The position numbers were made by a program, and so were the translations under genes. 32,000 nt of DNA from Candidatus Scalindua sp. (lineage in GTDB: Bacteria; Planctomycetota; Brocadiia; Brocadiales; Scalinduaceae), in assembly GCA_031316235.1 (NCBI GenBank), contig JALDRA010000001.1, forward strand, positions 2,130,001 to 2,162,000, in the 5' to 3' direction. Positions 1 to 8,466 of this stretch are shown here, in pieces. The notes under the pieces are model-generated. The model saw nothing but the letters and a program-made list of their open reading frames with translations. It was not told the origin of the DNA and searched no databases. Within the stretch, counting starts at the first letter, position 1; every line of letters begins with the position of its first letter.

Positions 1-476
1 AAACTTTCCTTGTCTAACCAATTCCATTGAGAGGATTTTGACAGATATCCTTTATGACTGCTCCAGGCATAATCCTCTAATCGGCTAACTATTCCAGCCC
101 GTAGAGGATTGTGGTGAATATACCTTACCAAAACGGTAAGATAATTTTCACTGTCTAATAAAATAGATTTATATCTTCCTCTGAATAATTGTCCATCATG
201 CCTATTCCTACGATTGTATCTCTGAGTATAAACACCATTTATGTGCCTCATGCACCGTGAAAGATTCCCTTCGGGTGTCTGGACTAAAAGATGGTAATGA
301 TTAGACATTAAACAATATGCAACTATTTTAATATTCCATGCTGATACCGTTTCCTTTAATATCTCAATAAAGGCTATATAATCTTCTTTCTTTGGGAATA
401 TGGTTTCACGGCGACGCCCTCTATTCATTACATGATAGTACGCACCCGAGTATTGTATTCTGAGCGGTCTTGACAT
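1..476 (-). CDS. REP-associated / IS200-like Y1 (HUH) tyrosine transposase, RayT type; 3' end lies beyond the left window edge
   Basis: Absent from the ORF track because it runs off the window. My translation of the minus strand from ATG 476..474 gives MSRPLRIQYSGAYYHVMNRGRRRETIFPKKEDYIAFIEILKETVSAWNIKIVAYCLMSNHYHLLVQTPEGNLSRCMRHINGVYTQRYNRRNRHDGQLFRGRYKSILLDSENYLTVLVRYIHHNPLRAGIV... It has the HUH motif (NHYHLLV) and the Tyr region (RYIHHNP) typical of this family. Confidence 0.8.
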   Translation of the reverse strand, partial: MSRPLRIQYSGAYYHVMNRGRRRETIFPKKEDYIAFIEILKETVSAWNIKIVAYCLMSNHYHLLVQTPEGNLSRCMRHINGVYTQRYNRRNRHDGQLFRGRYKSILLDSENYLTVLVRYIHHNPLRAGIVSRLEDYAWSSHKGYLSKSSQWNWLDKES

Positions 477-544
477 TGCAACAATATAACACCATCAAGT
501 AGTATAGTCAATAGCAGACTTGACCCCTTTACCGACCCCTTTAC

Positions 545-581
545 CCGGATTTTATCCGAAAACAATCATGAGATGAGTATA
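545..581 (-). repeat. MITE family A, partial copy (left arm only, reverse orientation)
   Basis: ccggattttatccgaaaacaatcatgagatgagtata matches the reverse complement of the left arm of full copies (compare 26296..26332 tatactcatcttacaatggttttcggataaaatccg). Confidence 0.7.
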
Positions 582-1173
582 TCATGTGATGAATCGAGGA
601 ACAAACCCTGATAGAATCTTTTGCAAAGAGGAAGGTTATTCTCAACAGAAGAATATGAGATATTTTTAATATCGGTGAAAGTGTATTGTGTCAAACCAAA
701 AGAGGTAACCAAAATATACCCCAATTATTTGCAATATCATTGTCTGGGGAGCTATCGGGATTAAGTTTCCCTGGGCTTGCAGAAAGAAATAAAATAGCAA
801 CTTATAAGACTGTAACATCAAATGAAAGAAAAGGTAGAGAGTAGCATAAAGAAAAAAACAATATGCAAGGCTTATGCAGTCAAGAGGAGGATTGACCCCA
901 AACTCACTATAATAATCATTACACACCAGATGTTTTCCAGCAGTTGTTAACAGTCCCTTCGCAGTTTACACTCAAGAATTTAATCAGAGCTCCTTGATGA
1001 AATAATTATGATGCAAATTGATATCTATTAGATGGATTGTAATATCAAGGTCGTGTGTTAGCTCTATAATCAGCTGCCGGGATATACCGAATGGCTAATA
1101 TATTACGTTCTTTGTTTTTAGCATGTAGCCATGTATGGACTTGACCCCTTTACTTTATTCTCTGTAGTAACCA

Positions 1174-1779
1174 TCATCTACAAGAGCAGATGGTTTTTTT
1201 TGACCCCAGCAAATTATCTTGTGTAATATCTGGAAAGTCATCTACATAAGAGAATCTAGTGAAACGGTGACTAGCTGGTTTAGGTATTATAATTGGAATT
1301 GATAATTGTTCTACATTTGTCACCTTGCACTTAACCCTGATCCATTTTTTCCTAAATCCATCCCGGACTTCTTCTAAGGCTGCATCATAATTTTCAAAAG
1401 AATTACATGCGACTAATAATTCATTAGCCCTTCTATCAAAAAGTTTCTTATCTTCAAAGTAATTGATTATTGACGAATATTCATCTTCAGTTATTAATTC
1501 GGCATCATGATGAATACCAATGATTATAGATTCCTTAGTTTCTGGATGTATTGAAAAAAATCCTATACTAAATTTTCCATTATTATCATTTAGCTTCTTA
1601 GTTTGTGGTGTTTTATATGTATAAGGGAATATATATCCATTATATTCATCGGATAACTGAAAATTCCACTCTTCGTGTCCAAATCCTTTCTCACCTGGAA
1701 AGCCCCCCTCATATGTTGAACCAGACGGTAATTTCCATCCCCTTGTATTCCAACATATCCTTTGCATTACTCTTAACAT
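1174..1779 (-). CDS. hypothetical protein, 201 aa, directly downstream of brxA on the same strand; N-terminal CWNxxGWxxPSG...GFGHEEW motif
   Basis: ORF track entry. It lies 70 nt after the brxA stop on the same strand. The N-terminus is RICWNTRGWKLPSGSTYEGGFPGEKGFGHEEWNFQ. No catalytic motif was recognised. Confidence 0.65.
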   Translation of the reverse strand: MLRVMQRICWNTRGWKLPSGSTYEGGFPGEKGFGHEEWNFQLSDEYNGYIFPYTYKTPQTKKLNDNNGKFSIGFFSIHPETKESIIIGIHHDAELITEDEYSSIINYFEDKKLFDRRANELLVACNSFENYDAALEEVRDGFRKKWIRVKCKVTNVEQLSIPIIIPKPASHRFTRFSYVDDFPDITQDNLLGSKKTICSCR

Positions 1780-1849
1780 TACGAATTACCTTCTTTTAAT
1801 ATTTTTACTTACAGTTATAATTTTTAATCAGCTTAATTTCATACTAATT

Positions 1850-2560
1850 TTAGTGTTTCATCAATAAATGATTACGGTTGACATCTCGTATATATTCCCA
1901 TTCATTGGAGTGATATTTCTTTGCAACCTCTTTCAAGTCTACCTCTTTGAAATAATATAAAAGGGATGAATCAATACTTGATAAATCTACCATTGCTGAC
2001 TTTAAAAATACTTTAGAATAGAGCATCAGGAAATTCTTTGCCTGTTCATTTAACATTGAAGGTTTATTCATTAGATGATACTTTTGTGTACCCGTCTGCT
2101 CAAGTATTTTAAAATGAACTAAGGTTCTTAAGAATGATCTGACAGACCGTTTTACAACATCTCGATCTCCATATTCATGAATCATCTTTTTGGACAGGAT
2201 TGCTGATGATAGCTGATTTGTATGATCAAAGCTTAACCTGATCTTTTTTGTAATAAATCTTGTAATTTCATAATCCATTAATATCTTTATAAGGAAGAGT
2301 GGGAGTATCTGTTCGAGTGAATATTTTTCTACCCACTCCATAATTATATTATTTTCAATAATATTTCTTTTTTCTTGAAACGAATATACAAAACTGCGAA
2401 AAATAACAGTTCGTGCTTTTCTCTTACCTTCCTTACCGACTAATTCTTTAGCAATATCCTCAAAAGGCAGATTATATTTAGATGGATTCTCGCCCGGCTC
2501 GATCATTTTAAGTGTTTCATAAATCCATTCCGGCTTTAATGGTCTGTCAAATCCTATCAA
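1850..2560 (-). CDS. brxA: BrxA-like small BREX protein (assigned by position and size)
   Basis: This 236-aa ORF is the last gene of the BREX block. Its TTG start (2560..2558) overlaps the pglZ TGA stop (TTGA). A small BrxA after PglZ is the expected type 3 BREX order. The sequence itself was not independently recognised. Confidence 0.55.
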   Translation of the reverse strand: MIGFDRPLKPEWIYETLKMIEPGENPSKYNLPFEDIAKELVGKEGKRKARTVIFRSFVYSFQEKRNIIENNIIMEWVEKYSLEQILPLFLIKILMDYEITRFITKKIRLSFDHTNQLSSAILSKKMIHEYGDRDVVKRSVRSFLRTLVHFKILEQTGTQKYHLMNKPSMLNEQAKNFLMLYSKVFLKSAMVDLSSIDSSLLYYFKEVDLKEVAKKYHSNEWEYIRDVNRNHLLMKH

Positions 2561-3987
2561 GATATAACCTCAACAAATGGTACAATTAATTCATCCAATG
2601 TGATTCCTCCATGAGTAATTTCAATCTTATTTTTATATGAAAATGACGTGCGGTCTTTCGCCAATAATACTACTTTATCTTTTACAAAGGGAATTTCATA
2701 GATATTCGTATCATAAAATTTAGACAATTCGCTCCTTACAATAATAGTAGCACGCTTACTCGACGTCTCAATTAAGTATTTATCAATAACCTGCCCGTTA
2801 CCTGTAGCAACTAAACATCCATGATCTGAACAAATCCATATTTTATAACCTTCCTCTTTTAACAACATCAATTCTTTTTTTATTGAGGATTTTTCCAAAT
2901 AATTATGCACGTTCATAAAATACATTCCTTTATTCTTTTCTGTTGGTGGGAGAAGAGTTTTATGTGCAATATAGTCAAATAGATTATAAATTATTTTTAC
3001 CGTATCAATCCCAAGCAGCTGTTCATCAGATTGCAACTGTCCTTCCCGGTAAAAGCCAACACTCCTTTCATTAAATATCTCTTTGAAGGCTTTATCTTCA
3101 TTTTGCGATGTGATTTCATAAACTTTATTAGCACTGCCGTAAAAAATGGCTGATCTGGATATCCTGGTCATGGTTGGAATAAGTGCAAAAATATATTTCT
3201 CCTCAAAAGAAAAATCATCTTCTGTTAAATACTCTTTCAGTAAATGCCATTCTGCAACACCCATACCATCAAAACAGACTAAAGCGATTTTTGAATCGTT
3301 CTTGTTCGTAATGTATTTAACAATCCGATCAACAGTTTTAAAGTTGATTGTAGATTCATAGAAAGAGTTTTTTAATATTCCGTTTAATATAGGCTCTCCT
3401 GTAGCTTTATCTACTTTTTCAACCAATGCATCATCCGGTTCTTTACCTGACCTATAACTACAGTAAATAAATCTTCCCCATTTATCTCCTAACGTTAAGA
3501 TATCATCATATGTTTTTACGTTCTGGCAATCTTTTATTATTTGTTCCTGACAATATTTTGCTACTTTTTTAAACCCATATCTTTCCGAATTAATCAGTAT
3601 CTGTCTGAAATTGTGCCTGGAGATAAGTTGTAAGGAGTTTTTGTCAAGTTGATAATCGATAAGTTGAACCAACTGCCGAACAGATATTTGGAGTAATATC
3701 TGTGGTTCAATATCTAAAGGAAGCTGATTCTCATTAAATTCAATGATATTTACTTTTGTTCGTAAATATGCGGGCAAAGAGAGACTTTTTGATATGATTA
3801 TTTGATTGTTACCTGTCAAGCCAGAAAGAACTTCTTCGACGGATTGTGTGATCATGTAATTTATTGCAGTATTATTCAGATACTTCGTGAACTCAGGGCA
3901 ATGTAAAAGTCCAATCTTGTCTATGATTACCTTGTTAGAATTATCATGTAATTTTAGCCTGTTTATTATAATGTCCTGCCAGTTCAA
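2557..3987 (-). CDS. pglZ: PglZ-domain protein (alkaline-phosphatase superfamily), BREX core component
   Basis: 476 aa. PglZ-like motifs: KIALVCFDGMGVAEW, FALIPTMTRISRSAIFYG, KIWICSDHGC and the C-terminal ITHGGITLDELIVPFVEV. The TTG start 3987..3985 follows the brxHII TGA stop directly. Confidence 0.85.
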   Translation of the reverse strand: MNWQDIIINRLKLHDNSNKVIIDKIGLLHCPEFTKYLNNTAINYMITQSVEEVLSGLTGNNQIIISKSLSLPAYLRTKVNIIEFNENQLPLDIEPQILLQISVRQLVQLIDYQLDKNSLQLISRHNFRQILINSERYGFKKVAKYCQEQIIKDCQNVKTYDDILTLGDKWGRFIYCSYRSGKEPDDALVEKVDKATGEPILNGILKNSFYESTINFKTVDRIVKYITNKNDSKIALVCFDGMGVAEWHLLKEYLTEDDFSFEEKYIFALIPTMTRISRSAIFYGSANKVYEITSQNEDKAFKEIFNERSVGFYREGQLQSDEQLLGIDTVKIIYNLFDYIAHKTLLPPTEKNKGMYFMNVHNYLEKSSIKKELMLLKEEGYKIWICSDHGCLVATGNGQVIDKYLIETSSKRATIIVRSELSKFYDTNIYEIPFVKDKVVLLAKDRTSFSYKNKIEITHGGITLDELIVPFVEVIS

Positions 3988-6843
3988 TCAAATAAACTCC
4001 ACGTAAGCCAATTGATACAATTCCATTTTTGGCACAATATTTCTTTGCAATTTTAATTTTTCTAGCTGTTCAGTCCTATCTTTTTCCAGAGATTTCAATT
4101 TTGCATCACGAATATTGTCTATTTGTATTTTTGAAAAAGCATTCTGTTTAAATCTGAGATAATCATCATATTTCTGTTCATATTGATTTATTTCATTAAG
4201 CCATGTAAGTTTCACGGCTGTAAATATTTCATTCGCCTTTTCTTCCGCATATTTGAGAGCAGTCTTAGAGATGTTTTGTATATCATGCTTGCACGCATAA
4301 TTCTGTACAATTTGAACATCATTAATTATATTCTTTTCTAAATAATTGCTGATGCGGCTGTTATTAAACTCCTCATCTTCCATAAAAACAGTAATAAGAG
4401 ATGTTTTATGTTTATCAATCTGATTACTGGTGAATAACTTATAAATGAACCAATATCCGTTAATATTCTGAAATTTATTAATCTTAAAATGCATTGCCGA
4501 GACCGTACCCAGTCGTGAATTTTTCTTAAGATCGGTATGTATATTTTTGACGAGTGGATGATCCATGTTTACAAATTCGATATTCCCTTTTTTTGTAGAT
4601 GCTGAATTATCAAAAGTTACATTTCTGTACGTGACAGGATCATTCTCGTCGTCATGAAACGGATTGGTGAAATAACAATATTCCCCTTCATCTTTGTACC
4701 ATTTAACTTCGATACCCTTAAATGACAAATAGTTTATAACCAGATGCTTTAAAATAGAATTCAGATTACTATTAACAAGGCGTTGCGGATCTTCAGTCAA
4801 CTGGGAAAATGGTAATAACAGTTCGTCCTTATCTAAAATGTCTTTAGCCCGTTTATAAATCTGAGCTGCAATTTGATCGAGTTGCTCATTCTCAATATCT
4901 TTTATACGAATAGCGTCAAAATAGATTCGGTCAAATGAAAACTCTTCCTGCAAAAGTGTTATGACATCCGCATACTTATCATCACCGAACTGTATCTTTA
5001 TCTTTTTCAGTTTAACCTCCAGAATCTTTCTAACCCGATCCTCGATGGTATCTGTTAAATGAAAATTAAAAATCAGAGCATTATGCGTTTGCCCAATTCT
5101 GTCAATACGCCCTATTCGCTGTTCCAGGCGGGAAGGGTTCCAAGGCAAAGCATAATTTATAATAAAATAACAGAATTGCAGGTTAATACCTTCACCTCCT
5201 GCATCAGTAGAAACAAGTATTTGATTGGTCGTTCTGAATAATTCAACCTGTTTTACTTTTTCTTCTCTGGATAATAAACCGTTAATAAAGGAACAGGAAT
5301 AGCCGAATTTGCTTAGGAACTGGATAAGTGCATCCTGAGTTGCTCTGAATTCAGTAAAAATCAGACATTTTAAATTCGATTCTTTCTCTCGATTCTTGAC
5401 CTCTTCTATTATCTTTATGAGCTGGCGAAATTTTATATCTCTGTATGATACCGATAGCTTTTCTGCTAAACCGATACATGAGGCAACAAAGTTCTTCTCG
5501 ATTTCGATATCTTCTCTATTTGTAAAGGTTGACTTCTTTAAAAGTTCATCAACTTCAAGTTCCTCTTCATCTGAGTTGATATTTTTTTTATATTCGATCT
5601 TTTGTGTTTCATCTTCCAGAAATGTCTTTCGTTTCTTCATAGCATCCAATAATGCAAAACTGCTGGAAGATACTATTCGCTGGTAGAGCATTACCAGAAG
5701 TATCAATATCTGATTATTATTTCGTTTGGCAAGATTATAATATTTGGCGGTATATTCAGTAACAAATTCGTACAACTCAATCTCTTCTTTGTTATCAGTT
5801 CTGGTTCGATTTATTTCTATTAGTGAGGTAATACGGTGCTTGAAGATCCTGTTACCGTCAAAATCAACCACAGCTCTCTTTTTGTTCCGTACAGCGACTT
5901 CCTGAACCAGAGCGGGTGTTAATGACTTAATACTCGTGAATAATATAGGATCAATTAATCGTAGAAGATTTAAGAACAAATGCTCATCACCCTGATGTGG
6001 TGTGGCGGTGAGCAGCAACAGTACAGGAATCGATTCACTCAACTTCTCACCTAATTTAAAACGGGCAGATTCGTGCCCGTCACCATGCTTGCTTAGCTTA
6101 TGGGCTTCGTCTATGATTACAATATCAAATCCGGCGTCAGTAATATCCTCAAAGATATGTTTATTATGCCATTTCCTCCGATTCGTATCCTCTTTGTCCA
6201 GACTTTCATCAATTTTCAATGGTTTAATCGAATCTATAGAAGCAATGATTCTATCATGAAGTTTCCAGACATTGACATCTTCACCATAACTCTGTTTTAA
6301 GACACGGACATAATCCTTTGTGTAAATAACAAATTTCTCATTAAACTTGTCGACTAGCTCTTCATGCCATTGTAGAACAAGGCCGGATGGCACAACGATC
6401 AGGATTTTCTTAGCAATACCTCGAAGTTTGAATTCCTGATACACAAGGATAGCTTCAATTGTTTTTCCCAGACCCACTTCATCAGCAATAAGGCTGCGGG
6501 GTTGAAAGCGATTCATTACAAAATTTACCGTGAGCAATTGATGTGGGAGAGGCTGGATTCTATAATTGGTGGATGTAATCACCGCATTTTCAGAAATATT
6601 GGCCTGTAAACGCAGCAACATATGCCTGGCAAAGAAAAGAGAAGGGATATCAATGCTGGCTTTCTGCATTAAAGCGATAGAATCTTCTTCGATCTCTAAA
6701 TCGTCAGTCTTTATGGAAACAGTATTGCCGTCTTTAAATAAGATTTCTGTATAATTTTCACCAAAAAGCTCACTAAACCCGATAATAGTACCAATACCTC
6801 TGTTTTCATATAAACGGCTTTTTATTTTATCTCCGATTTTCAA
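3988..6843 (-). CDS. brxHII: SNF2/DEAH-family helicase, BrxHII-type
   Basis: 951 aa. Motif I is IADEVGLGKTIEA, II is DIVIIDEAHKL and III is LLLLTATPHQG. Motifs V and VI are STDAGGEGINLQ and LPWNPSRLEQRIGRIDRIGQ. The called start is TTG 6843..6841, 7 nt after the pglXI stop. Confidence 0.85.
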   Translation of the reverse strand: MKIGDKIKSRLYENRGIGTIIGFSELFGENYTEILFKDGNTVSIKTDDLEIEEDSIALMQKASIDIPSLFFARHMLLRLQANISENAVITSTNYRIQPLPHQLLTVNFVMNRFQPRSLIADEVGLGKTIEAILVYQEFKLRGIAKKILIVVPSGLVLQWHEELVDKFNEKFVIYTKDYVRVLKQSYGEDVNVWKLHDRIIASIDSIKPLKIDESLDKEDTNRRKWHNKHIFEDITDAGFDIVIIDEAHKLSKHGDGHESARFKLGEKLSESIPVLLLLTATPHQGDEHLFLNLLRLIDPILFTSIKSLTPALVQEVAVRNKKRAVVDFDGNRIFKHRITSLIEINRTRTDNKEEIELYEFVTEYTAKYYNLAKRNNNQILILLVMLYQRIVSSSSFALLDAMKKRKTFLEDETQKIEYKKNINSDEEELEVDELLKKSTFTNREDIEIEKNFVASCIGLAEKLSVSYRDIKFRQLIKIIEEVKNREKESNLKCLIFTEFRATQDALIQFLSKFGYSCSFINGLLSREEKVKQVELFRTTNQILVSTDAGGEGINLQFCYFIINYALPWNPSRLEQRIGRIDRIGQTHNALIFNFHLTDTIEDRVRKILEVKLKKIKIQFGDDKYADVITLLQEEFSFDRIYFDAIRIKDIENEQLDQIAAQIYKRAKDILDKDELLLPFSQLTEDPQRLVNSNLNSILKHLVINYLSFKGIEVKWYKDEGEYCYFTNPFHDDENDPVTYRNVTFDNSASTKKGNIEFVNMDHPLVKNIHTDLKKNSRLGTVSAMHFKINKFQNINGYWFIYKLFTSNQIDKHKTSLITVFMEDEEFNNSRISNYLEKNIINDVQIVQNYACKHDIQNISKTALKYAEEKANEIFTAVKLTWLNEINQYEQKYDDYLRFKQNAFSKIQIDNIRDAKLKSLEKDRTEQLEKLKLQRNIVPKMELYQLAYVEFI

Positions 6844-6850
6844 GATTTAT

Positions 6851-7251
6851 TTAAAATCCTTCCACTTTTAATTCCGCCACTTCAATAAACTCACTCAGTT
6901 CTGAATCGTTCTCTATGATCTTGTTGTCAAGGCGCCTGGCCAATGTCAAAATATCCTGAAACCGTTCCTTCTTATAACAATATTCAAAACCGAATATGAC
7001 AGCCTGCTTACGGAACTCCTTGATCTTCTTTTTAGAACCTTTGGCTTCCAACAGCAAAGCCTCGAATTCTTTCAGTAATTCTCTCTCACGCTTTTGCATA
7101 ACAGTTAATTTTTCATCTTCGGTTTGCGGACGACGGTATTTATCACCCTGCAGTATGAAATTATTATCTAGCAATTCACGTAAATCAGGAGTTTGATCAC
7201 CACTAATATTGGCCACTTTGGTAAAATCGGGATGAATAGTTTTAAAATCTC
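6851..7251 (-). pseudogene. pglXI: 3' fragment of pglXI (C-terminal 133 codons), cut off from the rest by the IS630 insertion; the ORF track shows it as 6851..7216 with a GTG start
   Basis: The reading frame stays open from the IS junction (..RDFKTIHPDFTK-VANISGDQTPDL..). It joins in frame to the 5' fragment once the IS and one TA copy are removed. Confidence 0.85.
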
Positions 7252-7267
7252 TAGTGTCACGTCAAGC

Positions 7268-7296
7268 TTGAATTGTCGTATATAATAGATTATAAT
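7268..7296 (+). promoter_or_regulatory. candidate sigma70-type promoter for the IS transposase
   Basis: TTGAAT (7268..7273), a 17-nt spacer, then TATAAT (7291..7296), about 40 nt upstream of ATG 7334. GGGAG at 7320..7324 is a possible RBS. This is a motif match only. Confidence 0.35.
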
Positions 7297-7333
7297 ATCT
7301 TCATAATTAAATTTTTTTCGGGAGATTTAGATT

Positions 7334-8466
7334 ATGAAGAAATACATAGTAACTCTTGATTGCGATGAACGTAACAGGCTTGTTGCTTTAACGTCTAAAG
7401 GGATGCATAGATCCCAAAAGATACTCAATGCATTACTATTATTAGCTTGCGACCAGGGTGAGTATCAGGGCAAACGTTCGACCAACGTTGAAATTGCCCG
7501 TGTTCTTAAAATAAGCATGAAGAAAATTGACCGGGTAAAGAAAAGATTTGTTGAAGAAGGTTTTGAAGTTGCGCTTAATGGACGCAAAGGCAATCGAGTA
7601 TATGAAAAGAAGACAGATGGTGACTTTGAAGCCCACCTGGTAGCGTTAAGTTGTAGCGAGCCGCCAGAAGGTTTTGCAAGATGGTCTCTGCGATTATTAG
7701 CAGACAAGGTAGTAGAACTTGAATATACTGACAAAATTTCCCACGAAACAATACGCCGTATATTAAAAAAAACGAAATTAAGCCCTGGCAACGAAAAGGT
7801 TGGGTAATACCGCCAAAAGAAAACGGCAGTTTTGTCGCTAACATGGAAATGGTGCTGGATGTATACAAACGTCCATATGACGCTAAGTATCCAGTAATAT
7901 GTATGGACGAGTCACCAAAGCAACTTATATCAGAGACAAAGATGCCAATTTCTGCTTCACCAGGGCAACCGGCTAAGTATGACTATGAATATAAGCGTTG
8001 TGGAGTGTGTAATATTTTTCTGGCCTTTGAACCATTGGCCGGGAAACGTATAGTAAAAATAACAGAAAGAAGAACTAAACAAGATTGGTCCTATTTTCTG
8101 GAAGACGTTGTTAATACATATGGTCATGCGAACAAAATAACATTAGTAATGGACAACTTGAATACTCATGATGCTGGATCGTTGTATGAAACGTTTGTGC
8201 CGGATAAAGCAAAGGAAATTTTAGATAAATTTGAGTTTGTCTACACCCCAAAGCATGGTAGCTGGTTAAATATGGCAGAAATCGAGTTGAATGTACTTGC
8301 TGGACAGTGTTTAAACAGGCGGATTGATAATATTACAAAGATAAAAAAAGAAGTACAGTCATGGCAGAAATTTAGAAACAATAAGAAATCAAAGGCTAAC
8401 TGGCAGTTTACTACGATTGATGCCAGGATAAGATTATCTAAACTTTACCCGACACTTGATGATTGA
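7334..8466 (+). CDS. IS630-family DDE transposase encoded in two frames (ORFs 7334..7807 and 7843..8466), joinable by a -1 shift on the A8 run at 7765..7772
   Basis: The N-terminal ORF is helix-turn-helix-like. The second frame is open from 7771 and reads NEIKPWQRKGWVIPPKENGSFVANMEMVLDVY, so the join gives ..RRILKK-NEIKPWQRKGW.., the conserved IS630 linker. DDE candidates are VICMDESP, LVMDNLNTH and WLNMAEIE. The joined product is about 377 aa. Confidence 0.85.

Noticed and set aside
666-926. An 86-aa ORF in the AT-rich spacer.
   Set aside because: It is Phe/Tyr/Leu-rich low-complexity sequence with no RBS or recognisable motif, and lies in repeat-bearing non-coding DNA.
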